In this document: piece by piece, positions 12,970-25,062 of the stretch | Layout of the letters: each line of letters opens with the position of its first letter | Numbering within the stretch: position 1 is the first letter of the stretch | From: Selaginella moellendorffii | Lineage: Eukaryota > Plantae > Lycopodiophyta | Reading direction: 5' to 3' | Length of the DNA: 64,000 nt | Assembly: GCF_000143415.4 (NCBI RefSeq) | Contig: NW_003314265.1 | Span: 2,242,785-2,306,784, forward strand | Notes under the pieces: generated by a model | The model's input: only the letters and a program-made list of their open reading frames with translations | Told to the model about the DNA's origin: nothing | The model's database searches: none | Program-made: the position numbers and the translations under genes

Positions 12970-15900
12970 ACTCCACCACCCATAGACGAAGTTCGATGTC
13001 CTCATCGAACGGTAAACCATTTTATAAAGTAACACCCGCATGTGTTACCATCTCCATCCTTGGCACCTAGCCAATATTAGTCAATGGTTTGACATTGAAG
13101 GCTCACCATGCCTTCTCCATATTCGTCAATGGTTTGACACCAAAGGGTCACCATGCTTTGCCTATCCTCTAAGGAGGGTAGTCTCTCCAACTTAGAGACT
13201 GATTAGACCACACGTAGTGGTTCTCTCATTTTATTGGTTTAGTTCTCGCTAAACCTCTTAGAGACCCTTCTCTAAGTCAATCCCTACTACTCCTTCTCGA
13301 GTAATCTCAATTTCCATCAATTGAATGTTTGCACCTTGGAACTTTTACTCTTTGACTTCTGGAAGTCAATTTCCTAGGTGTCTCCAACACCTTGCGTTGC
13401 ACATATTGTGCAACTCCACTTCCTCATCCTAGGAAGTTCTCTACCAGTTTAGGGTTTAGGCACCATCATCCTCTCTTCTATTTCATGCCACCTTAGGCAC
13501 TAAGTTCCAGTTATCATACTTTGTGCTAGAGCTGTCCATGGCCCTATCATTTGGCTACCTTACCTTGGAGCTTCCCCTTTCGCCAAATCAGAGCAATTCA
13601 GAATCCATCCTTGGAAACACACTTCCTTTCCCGCAATTTGTTAGCGTCCAACACATTAGTGTTCCTCACCTAACTTTGCCACTTGGATTCCTTCCAAGGG
13701 ATTCCATGGCCCTATCTTGGCCACTCATCTTTTGCTCCTATCCATTGATTATTGCACCAAGCAATACTGAATTTCTACCTCCCTCTTTGAGGTATTCTTT
13801 TGATTCCATAGCAAAGGCTCTGCTTTGCCAAGACTAGAGTGTTCACCCCTAGTAAGTTTCTTTAGCATTTTCTGCTGTGGGCTCTATCCACGGCCCAACT
13901 TCATGACCCTCCCATGGGTCTCTTATAGAGACTACTTTCCTCGGGCACACTATGCCATCGCAATGACATAGCTCATTTCCCTAAGGTGTTTTTCCCACTT
14001 GGTCACATTGACCAAGCCACACCATCATTAATAGTTCAAATCAACACTTTGAACTAAGGACCTTATTCCTTAACCCAAACAAGGACCTTGTCCTTTATTA
14101 GTTACAAGATCACCTAGTGATCTCACCTCGGCACCTTAACAGGTTTGCCAATAGGTACTAGGTCTTCCAGACCTTTAACTTGTTAACTACGACCCTGGGG
14201 GCATCCCTCACACTTGGCGGTGCGCCCAAACCAGCCCTTCCGACCAAGGGTCCATAGCAACTGAGACTGGGTGTCCCCATCTCATTCACCACGTCCTTGG
14301 TGCCACTTGCACCAAAGTGTTCAAGTTAGATATGCTGAGCCACACTAAGCAATTTAACCGTGCATCACGACTTCGAGACATCCCTCGCTTGGCGGTGTGC
14401 CCAAACCAGTCTCCACACTGAGAGTCCATGACCACCGAAAAATGAGTGTCCTCATATTCTAAACCATCACCACGCCCTAGTGAGTTGGGACTCGAACCCA
14501 AGCACTAGAGGGTCGGGACTCAAACCCAACCTCCATATATGCATCTACGGACAGCATCACCCAGGATGCCTGGCGTGACTCCCCACACTGGTGCACCAAC
14601 TTATACTCAAAGCGCGCTATAGATCACAGCTTAGGAACTTAGTTCCTCCACGCTGCCAAGTCCTCTCACTTGACAAGTCTGTGATCATGCATGGACTCCT
14701 CCATGCTTGGCCCCATGGCCCATCCTTTTTGAAGTTATCACCTTCAATTAGGATATTTGTTCCCCTGACTTGCCAATCTCGCTTTGGCAAGTCTTCTGAC
14801 CACTGTAACATGGTTCCTGCACAAGCGTGAAGCCCTTGATCATCAACTTTCGTTCAAAGCCTTCTCTTTGAACACTCAGGAATTACTTCCCTAACCTTGA
14901 TAGCCTTGCCTCATGGCAAGCTTCAAGACCACGCTTCTACTGCGCCATTCTGATTTCGCGCATTCTTTAAACCATTTACGCTTGGCCTTTCTAGGCACCA
15001 AGCTACCTAGAATCATCTTTGGGAACCTTGAAGGAACTTTGTCCCTTAACTTGCTAAAGCCTCCTTTTTTGCAAGCTTTCCAATTACCATATAGTCTAAC
15101 ATGGACAATTCCATATTTTAGACTCTCCATGGCATCATGGTTGCTAGCGGCAACACCCTTGAGCCCCCACTTGATTCTCCACTCCCAGCTAGCATAACCA
15201 ACCTTGGTTATGCCCTTCGATTCCTATGGTTCGGTTCTATCCCTTTACTTCTTGCTTTTGGCTTCACACCTTTCCTTCGGTCATTCTCCTCCAGACTAGG
15301 AGGATAGCTTTGCACTTTCTATCATGCCTTAGCAAGTATTCTTAGGGATGAACTTACCCGATAGCCTAGGGAGTGGTTCCTCGATCCAGATATGCTCACC
15401 CTATAATCCCACACATCGGGATTACGCTGTTGCTTACAGGCCTTTACATGCCCATCACTAGCCTTGCCAAAATTCCATTTTTGGCTCTGTCCAATTTGAG
15501 TAGACAGTCTTCTCCTGTCTCCGCTAACTTTGGACATTTGGATAGCACCATTTCTATCCATCATTCGCTAGGGACTTAGTCTCTTGGGCCTTATTTATTA
15601 CCCTCGCGACATCAAACACCACCTCCTGGTGTTCTAGAGTGTTCGGGTGTCCCAATGATGGCTTCCTTGACAATGAGTATTTCCTTTTATGACATTGACT
15701 TACTATATCGCAACATAAGCAACTTATCCCCCGTAAGGGTATGTCCAACTTCCCTATGCCATTAAGAAGGCTTGGGTAGCTACTTTCTACCCGTTTAACC
15801 AATTATTTTTCACCTCTTGCTTAGTTGCCTCATAGTTATCAAGTCCTACAACTCATTGCTGGTGCTTCCACACCTCCATCATTATTTGGGTCACGACACT

Positions 15901-16582
15901 CCAACTGCATGCTTTGCCGCTTAGGCTATGTCATTCCCATTTCCATTGGGATTCCTTTGGCAAGGGGTTCTCATGAACCCACCAACATAGCCTCAAGGTA
16001 TTACCCCTTAGCCCATTTGGTGTCTCCACACCATCGGCTCCACGAGCCTACCTTTATGACACTTCTTCTTTGTGTCTAAGTTTTTGCCAAGACCAATACC
16101 GCTCTTTCTCATGCCAACCATCTGTTAGCACTGCACCATAGAGGTCCTCTTCCGTATTTGAACTCCCACGGTCATTACTTCTGGTCTCACATTCATGAGC
16201 ACTAACCTCAACTATATGAGGATAATCTTGTGACTCCTTTATTGCTTTGGAGTCTTTATCTTTCCTGTGATCCCAACTATAGTTGTTTACCACAACTACA
16301 TTGGCCATTTACTGAGTCAAACGCTCATTTGGATCACATCCTCAACTCTCTAAGGAAAACCATATACTGTTCCCAAGATCCCAAAGTCGTTCCCTTACTG
16401 GCCCCTTTTTTATCCACCACATCGCCCAAGTTCACGCATGAACTTGAGTGGAGAGCCATGTCCTCTCGACATGCTACTCCTCAAGGATAGGCCCACTCCT
16501 AGGACCTTCCGATGCCAACATCAATGGTGATATACTTGAGCACCAATAAAAGTCAGACTAAGGAACAGTTCCGATACCAAAT

Positions 16583-18320
16583 TGTAGGCGACTAAATTTT
16601 CCATTCTACTTTAGTCACTTAACCACACCTCCAATAACTTGGAGGAGTCTCACTCACAACCTCCATAAGTCTTATTTCAGACTTGGGCTTGCTAGCCCCG
16701 AGAATGGCATCCCCGCCACTCAACCTTTACACTTGATCCAAGTGCTCCACGTGTCCGATCCCATGACCAACACCCCAAGGTACCACCGACATATCAGCCC
16801 GTTACGCTAAGGCCATGCCCCTTTACCTTGGTCACACCAGTGGTCTAACACCACCTGCATCACAGTCCCATTTCTCAAGGACTGAGCCATCCGTCCATGA
16901 GTGTTCATTTTAGATCCACTCCTTAGGATTCTTAAGATGCCCACAGACATGGGGAATAGCCTTCCCCAATACCCCTTTTCCGGTCTTCACCAAGTCCTAT
17001 TCTGCCCATGGCCGTGTTCGCCAACACTGCCACTGGATCGAGGCCCACAGGCCCGACCACTAAGTCCCACGGTCCTCTAGGACTTCCTCACCACTCGACT
17101 GTATCCTTGCTCACTACACCGGAGGACTATTCCTCTTCCTTTCCACAGTCTGGGCCTTTGGGACAACATTTCGGAACACCGTGGCCCTATGCGGGCCTCA
17201 TGGGTACTCTCCCCGCCTTCCGCCTTTGAGTGCTCTAGCCATGGGCTTAGAGCGAGGTTCCGTTGAGCCACACCTGGTATCCAAGTAGGTAGTGCCACCC
17301 ACACTTGGACTAGGAGCATCGGCCAGTCGATCTCCCGGGGGAACTAGAGCCGGCTCTTGAACACTTCACCAAGCTACCTCACTTGTCGGTCCGTATTCAC
17401 TCTAGTCTTGGACTTCCTAGTGGTCAGTTCATCACCCAACACTGGGTATGGCCTTCCCGGGCCAAACTAGCCTTTCCTGGCCCAAACTAGCCTTTCCTGG
17501 CCAAACTAGCTCCACTGGGCTTTAACCCCCACCCTCTCCCTACTATACTTTTGGAACCCCCGCAGCCCCCCCCCCCCCCCCCCGGGGGACGATCGCTTTG
17601 GGCTTTCACCCAACTGCCTGTATTAGTATTCGGACTCGGACTTGGTCTCGGTCCCGGTTTCGGACTCGGACTTGGTCTCGGTCTCGGTCTCGGTCTCGGT
17701 TCCATCTCGGACTCCATCTCGGACTCCATCTCGGGTCCATCTCGAACTCCATCTCGGACTCCATCTCGGGTCCATCTCGGACTCCATCTCGGGTCCATCT
17801 CGGGTCTATCTCGGACTCCATCTCGGACTCCATCTCGGACTCTATCTTGGGTCCATCTCAGATCCATCTCGGACTCCATCTCGGACTCCATCTCAGACTC
17901 CATCTCGGACTCCATCTCAGACTCCATCTCGGACTCCATCTCAGACTCCATCTCGGACTCCATCTCAGACTCCATCTCGGACTCCATCTCGGGTCCATCT
18001 TGGACTCCATCTCGGGTCCATCTCAGACTCCATCTCGGACTCCATATTGGACTCCAACTCAGGTCCGCCTCAGACTCCATCTCGGACACTTCCACGTGTC
18101 ATGTGTTGGTCCTTTTTGGGTCCCTTTTTGGAGCCTTGCTTATTGCTCGCTTCGTGCTCGCTCCTTGAGCTCTTTGTTGGGAGTTCCACTCCCACTCTCG
18201 ACCTTCCAAGTCAGAGCTTTTAGTCCAAACGTGTTACACTCGTTTGACTTTCACTTCGGCCACTACCACGTGGCACCCTTTCGGGCTCCACTTTGGGGCC
18301 TAGGGATTTTGTGTCTCACA
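16583..18320 (-). repeat. 5' LTR
   Basis: Begins TGTAGGCGACTAAA and ends GTGTCTCACA; PBS adjacent on the internal side. Confidence 0.9.
17630..18088. repeat. 6/12-bp tandem array inside the 5' LTR
   Basis: Same units as 12311-12738 with a different copy number. Confidence 0.95.
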
Positions 18321-21300
18321 AACACTTAACGCCAAATATCCCAAGACCCTTAACTAATTGGAAAAGGGGGTGCACTCTTGTTCATGGGCCCTTTCCCTTT
18401 ATATTTAAACCCCAGCAGATCATCTCTCAAGTCATTCCCTTTGGTTGCTTACATTGTCCTTATTCTGCATCCAGCTTAAGTTTAATCCTAAGTTCCATTT
18501 CATGTTAGTTGGTGGAGTACTCATGTCCTTGCATTAGGCCACCGATATGCCAAAATAGCGCTAGACTCTGTTTGGCTCCGTTTTGTGTGTTGGTCCTAAC
18601 AATGGGATGCTAGTTGCTCCAAGACTGTTCCAAGTCGCTCCGGGCTCCTGTCCCTTTGCTCCTTAGGCTGTATGCTCGGGAGTTGCTCTATGGTCTAGTT
18701 CTGTCACTCCTTGGCTCCATGCTTGGGAGTTTGGCACCGTTCCTTCTTTCAGTGGCCCAAGGCCCTGAACCTCAAGTTCTGCACCACTGTCCTTTGGACA
18801 CATGGTATATAACATGTGGTATGTATCATGTGGCACATGGAGGGTTTAGGTTCTGCTTCGTGGTGTTATCCTATGGTAAATCACTATAGGATAAAGGGTA
18901 AAAACCACGTGCGCTACAACAAGTGAGGATATTTGCAATGGTGGCATCATGTGGAGACTCACTCTTGCTATAATGCATCTTCACTACATCATCCTAAAAG
19001 AGCGGGCAAAATTGAGTTGACTCTAAGAGTGGATGAGCCGGTGGCTCCCATGTCTTGGCAAAATGTTAGATAGCAAAATCCATTGGCAATGGCACCCCCC
19101 AGACTCTCTTCTACGCTCTACTCAAAGGGGGGACATAGACATCAACACGATCCAAAGGAAACAACCACATCCACTTCTACTCCAAAACTAGGTCCAATTG
19201 AGACACTAGAGGATCATAGAGTAGCTCGTCTAGAGGGTAGTATGCCCAATTTTTTATATTAGTCCCATTAGAACATGGGGAATGTACATATATGGTTTAT
19301 CTTAGATCCAGCAATCCAATCTAAAAGGCTGCCAACCTTTGTTGACTAGTATCCACTACTCAATAATAGTAAAAACTAGTGTTCTACCATCTGGCCAATT
19401 GAAATGAAATGTCTAGCCAGACATCATAAATCATCACATCTTTGCCATTTGGATGCTGAATATGAATTGATCTAGTGCCAAGAAATAATGGATGATGTCA
19501 TCACTAGAGAAGGGCTAGAGTGTCACAAAGAGCTCCTTTACAGCAACCACAAGGTGTGTAGTGTACTCAGGATGTCCATTAAACATGTCATCCATGCCAT
19601 ACTGGTGGCTCCATTAGAGTTGTGATTGTCATCCAGCTGGCATTGCCCCTTTGGGGACTACTAGAGGTCTTGCCCTCTAGCCTCATTTCATTGTTGTTTA
19701 ACCGGGTCCCTTCCTGTTGACAAGTGCTGCACCGCAAGTTAAAGTCATGCCACTCACCTTTCTTGCATTAATATTGTCACCACCACGCTCTTGAGATGAC
19801 AACTACTTCGAACTTAGGCACTAAAGAAAATAATGGCACAACTTTGATCCTTGTGTCACCATAGCAATGCTGGTAATCTACCCTTCACAACAAACTAGTG
19901 ATTTCTCATACTGGACCAGCTCTGTCATAAAATGTTGTTGAGTGTGGGTGTCTTGCTTGCTAAGAAGCCACAAGTAAGAGCATATTGCGTGTAAGACTGT
20001 GTTGAATTTCAATTTAATAAGAAGAACAATGTCTAGAGCCTTCCTTTACATCCAAGTGATGAATTTCTGAACTGGTTCTCCAAGCTCTTGTAAAATTCAT
20101 CATTCCAAATGAAGATATCGACATCTTCTGTCACATGGGATCCCATAACTTCGGTTCACATTCATCCAGGATCGTTCCACAGCAAGACCGCATCATCTCT
20201 CAAAGAGGAATAGACTCCAAGTTCCCAGCCTGTTTCAATAATCATCCCTCATGCATAATGGCAGATTTCGAGACATCAATGTACAACAATCCAGGAACCA
20301 TTAGAGTGAGCAGCCAGGTCTAATAATATGAAGGGCAATCACCCTAATCAAGGTGTCCCATCTATAATCACAATTTTTTTTCAATACCTATATTCCCTTC
20401 CAAAATAAATTTAGTGGCATGTCTACTTTTAAAAAGTGATGAGTTTCCTTTACTAGTCAGACATTAGTCAACGGCCAAAGACCACTAATAACATCAGCTA
20501 GAATTGAGCATGTTCTCACCATGCCAGGAAATTGTCTCCAGGAAATTGTCTCCATCCAACACTTTCTTATGTGGCTAGATTTAATTTTTTTAGGAAAAGT
20601 TAATGTTCTGGCAAGTCCAACAACAGAGATACACGTTATATAATTGAAGCTTATTAGGATAAAACCACATAAGACTAAGAAAATCTAATTATTTTTTACT
20701 ATCCTTTTATGGTGTCAGTCAAAACTGAATTTAAGGGTAAATATTGGTGTGAAAAGGCTCTTAGAATTATATGGCTATTAACCACATGCAGATAATACTT
20801 CAAACTTGATCAAAAGTAAGGGATTGTAACTTGTTGTTCAATTGATCATTTGATATATAACTTAGTCAACAATTTCTCAAAAACAAATTCCAAACTTAGT
20901 AGCAACCACTTCTAAGTTAATACAAGGTTAAAACAATTGCAAACTTTGTCTCCACATCTAATTTGTTTTTGAACCTACTTTTTAAGCTTATATAAAGTTT
21001 TACAATAGAGAAAATTAAATATAGATCTAGACATTAAACATCCTATCATTATAAAAATGTGTTAAAGTGTGATCCATGATTTATAGTATAACCAAATCTC
21101 TAGCAAAACTCTTCTTTTCTTTTTCCATACATCCTCAATAGTTGCCCTCTACCCATAATTTTCCCATCAAGATATTAGTATTATTAATTTGGATGTAAAT
21201 CATATTCAGTAAGAAGAAATTTTTAGCTCTATATATATCCACAATTCAAACGAAAAATAAATTTAAAACGACTATAAGCTCTGTACTTAATTTATTTAGA

Positions 21301-21789
21301 TGGTGAAAGATATTTACACGTGTGTGGATTTATTTCTTTGTTTTGAGTTGCATGAAAACTATTATGCACACAATCACTTTTCAATTGCTGTATGAACAAT
21401 TAAAACACGATTATGTATATAATATTTTTGTCATGGGTTATGCCATGTATACATAGGCATAACACCTTAGACTGCTATGTAAAATTGATGCCACATCATC
21501 CAAGATAACATGACATCACCACAAATTTAATGAAGGTTTTACATAGGTAAATATGTAATGCAAGTTTTATACAAGCAAGTATGCAGTGCTCATTTATATT
21601 ATGTAAGAAAAATCTTCCACAACTCTTCTTTTTCTTTTACAATGTTATATAAAGATGAAATTTATGAATAATATGTGGAGCAATAGGATAAAAAGCACCA
21701 TATTGAATGGGAGTTTTTTGTTTTGTCATAGCATCACACATTATAATGGAGTGCCTAATTAGTGCTTTCTTGGTCAAGCATGTAAATAT

Positions 21790-22560
21790 TAATTTCCATA
21801 TAAATTAGCTATAAACATATATGTAACTTTATTACTTTTATCAATCTCCACCAAAGTGTTGTAACAATCTTCCAACCCTTCACATTTTTCCACCTTTTAT
21901 ATGCACTCAAATGGTAGTCCAAGTTACACAGCTCGGCTCTAGAGGCATAGATTCTAACACCATCATTGCCTCATCTAAATTGTTCCAAGAGATTAATCAC
22001 TCCATGGTAGTGCTCATGCCTAACATAGATCTTATACTTCGTCTCTATTGCATACTTTGCTTGTTTCATAAGCTTTATATGGCTACAAGCATTGATGTAT
22101 TGGGATGAAGGCTAAGATTTTGTATGCTATGAAAGCTTTCAAACAAAGAAGCAATATCTCTTTAATGCTATATCTATTTACAAGTGTTGTCCAAGCTATA
22201 AGAGTTTTTGACAACATCAAGTTGAAAACCTATTGAAGTGGGACTATTCTTCCAACTTTATAAATGACTTGGTTGCTCTTCAGTCTATAGTAGCAAATCT
22301 CTACATGAACTCTTCATCCCAATTGCCAAGTGCTAATGCTGTTGCAAGCTTTAAGTCCTCATTACCGATTTTGTTACTTTGAGCTGTCTAACAATGCAAA
22401 GTCATGCTTTGCTTCAGTGCCACTAATTTCACAAAACCTCTATCCATGTCCCTACTTTCTTCTTTAGTAGAAAGAACTCAAGCACTCCTTGAAAGTAATC
22501 CCATAGTTTCGTGAATTTTGCATATAACATTTAGATTGTATAGCTTGAAATAGTTTTAAC
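21790..22560 (-). pseudogene. Decayed PLS/E-class pentatricopeptide repeat (PPR) gene
   Basis: Minus-strand fragments GLKACNSISTWQLG*RVHVEI, VFNLMLSKTLIAWTTL, NACSH, EHYHGVINLL, LDEAMMVLESMPLEPSCVTWTTI and YMFIANLY match PLS repeats and the E motif; stops and frameshifts present. Confidence 0.75.
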
Positions 22561-23318
22561 ACTGTTTTGTACTGTCTGTTCTTAAATGGATTTTTCACAT
22601 TCTTAATCACATGCTAAATTTTTGGGCATTGTAATAGTTAATTACCTAAGCACACAACAATGGCAAGCTTAGTCCACAATATTTAAAATGTGCTAAAAAA
22701 TCCAGCTTGCTTGTTGAAAAATATTATGTCTACAAGCCTTTAGTCTAAACCTTACTAATGTGTAGAAAAAAAAACTAATGTAAAGTTAAGATTTACATAG
22801 CATAAAAATTGCACTTGGACTTTGCCTTACATACATGACAAACACCAATGCATACTTATCCATAAAAAAATATTGTGTTTAAAATATTATTTTGTGAGTA
22901 ACACATATAATAGTTTAAGCACATATGTGTTTTTTTAAAATATATTTTGGAGGTTACTATAATATTTTGCCAAGCCACCCACCCCAGATATACTTTTCTT
23001 CTTGGGACAAAAGTTGCTATCATAAACTGCTTACCATACCTAAGGCTATGATAAATAAAAGATGTTCTTTTAAGTGCTCTATCTCTATCATCAAGAAGAC
23101 TAAAAATTATGATGGAGAACTTTCACACTCTTAATTAAAAATATTTTCTAGATTCATGTATTATTATTATTATATCTGTACAAACTGAAATCAGGTGAAA
23201 GGTCATTAAAAAGGGACCAGAGTAGTTGAGGCATCCCAACCACCATATGAACCACTGCAACAACTAAAGCACAAAAAGAAACAGAAAAAGAAAAAGAAGG
23301 AATCAAAAGTGTAGAGCT

Positions 23319-23490
23319 CCATACACTTCCAGTCACTGGCCGTGAAAGACAGGTTCCTGAGAAGTTTAGTGATTAATTCTGTGTCTCGTCTTCTTCAGCA
23401 AGGCAAGCCAGCGGAAGCGGCTCCAGGAAGATCAGAGCTACGACCCTCTATCAGATGAGGAAGTGGCAAAGGAGCACCGAAATGTGTGAG
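23319..23490 (+). pseudogene. Duplicated, deleted fragment of the TOM1-like last exon
   Basis: Aligns to 5497-5708 (CCATAC.CTTCCAG.CACTGGCCGTGAA...GAGGAAGTGGCAAAGG.GCACCGAAA.GTGTGA) with several short deletions. Confidence 0.85.
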
Positions 23491-23570
23491 CGACTATCAC
23501 CAATCTCGTGGTTTCGTTGCTCCCTCTTTTTGTAAAAACCGACTGGTCATATATATACAAATGTTCTGTG

Positions 23571-24882
23571 TCACGGTTTTTTTATCTGATCATTGACTTG
23601 GCCGGTCTTGGCCTGCTCTGGATCGTTCTCCAGGACTTCGTAGTAGTAAGCGGCATCAAGCTCATCGACCTTGTCAGCTTTGTAGTAGAGGAAGTAGTGC
23701 TGAAAGATGAAGAGAATGTCGAAAGCGATGCATTCCTACGTAGAATACAGGGAACGTGGAAGAGTATGAACGTGGAAGATTAGAAACGTGTATACAGGGA
23801 ACGTGGAAGACTAGAATTGCAGTGACGTAGAAACATACCAGCGAGATTCCCAGTTTGCCAACGTTCCCGGAGAAGTTCATGGTGGAGCCTGTGCGATTGG
23901 AGAGTCAAGATCTCTAAAGCCACACAACTCGAAAGGCTTACGTTGGTCGATGGATTGCACTGCCATCTGGAGAATGTTGGCGATTCCCCCCGACAAATCG
24001 AGGGGAATGGTTGCTATGCTCCAGCCAACGGTGCTCTTCCTCCTGAAGTTCATCCAAGCCTGTTGATCGCATGAAAACGATCTCGACACTTTGGGTGATG
24101 TGATCACAGCTTTATTACCTGAGGGATGTACTTGATCACTGCCATCACCATTTGTATGATGCTGCGCAAGATTAAGAGTGTTCAAGCAACCAACAGATTA
24201 AGAGAATTGGATCTTACTTGAAAACTTGGACGAGCCATAGCCAGCGGCCGCTGGGAAATGCGACGATGAGACCGGTCAATCCGGCTAGCCAAGCTCCCAG
24301 GGACACCAAAACTCCAGCCTCGGACACCCTTTGTCCTCCTCTCTAAAAGGGACACCAAAGTAAGCTTGTCACCTTTCTCTTCAGCTTGCTTTGTTACCTC
24401 GTACAGGAAAATTTGCACAATTGTGAATCCTGCGAGGAGCACGGCGTGGATCGAGAACGCAACGTCGTTTGCAGCAACTGGAATCAGCTGGAACGTGGAG
24501 AAGGATTCAGGGGTCTTCGTCCATCTCTCAATTACGCACCTCGTCACGACCATACTTGTCGTGGTACTGCCTTTGGACGACAGGGCTGAAGAAGACGGCG
24601 GCGTTGTAGATGAGATACGAGGAATGCTTGGTGAAATTGAGCACCTGGAAATCGAAGTTCAATCCCACGACGCTGCAAGCAATCAAAAACTAGCTTGAGA
24701 AAAGCGCAAAGGGGATGAAGCGAGAATTGGAATAGTTTTCTTCCGGCAGCGATCAATGCGTACCTCTTTCGCCGGTAATTGAGCAGCGCTTGCGGGTAGA
24801 AGCTGATCGACCACACTGCAAACGCAAACCATCCAAGAATTTGATAGATTGCGCTCAAAGAGCTGGAGCTCCAAGACGCCAT
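23571..24882 (-). CDS. Cystinosin homolog, copy 2, 8 exons, ORF intact
   Basis: Same exon structure as copy 1; all junctions checked in frame; ends ...EQAKTGQVNDQIKKP*. Confidence 0.88.
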
Positions 24883-25062
24883 TCCCCCGCTCCCCCCTCC
24901 AATGATCAGCTTAACGAATCTTATATAACGTTTCGTGTATCGTGAGAAACAATCCTAGCCGTTCGATTGGATACCTTATTCGTATAAGAAACGACGCTCT
25001 TTTGTCAAATGAATTGTTCTCGGCACAACACAAAAAAAGAGAAGAGAAGATTTTGGCGCAAG

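Larger units (their letters stand above)
11273..18320 (-). mobile_element. LTR retroelement with two ~1.7 kb LTRs and a ~3.6 kb internal region lacking an intact ORF (non-autonomous or decayed)
   Basis: LTRs at 11273-12969 and 16583-18320, both TG...CA; tRNA-iMet-type PBS TGGTATCGGA on the minus strand at ~16570-16579; purine tract GGGTGGTGGAG (minus) at ~12971-12981; TSD GACAC/AACAC (4 of 5). Confidence 0.9.
23319..24967. repeat. Segmental direct duplication of 5497-7176 (TOM1 3' end, cystinosin gene and its promoter)
   Basis: Colinear similarity ending at the shared ACAATCCTAGCCGTTCGAT (~7158-7176 and ~24949-24967). Confidence 0.9.

Noticed and set aside
12073-13032. Long ORFs (319 aa and others, MESEMESE/SISD/RTPS), also at 17487-18329
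   Set aside because: Artefacts of the stop-free 6/12-bp tandem array inside the LTRs
24975-24990. Small hairpin CTTAT-TCGT-ATAAG as a Helitron 3' end
   Set aside because: AT-rich, short stem, and no downstream CTRR terminus
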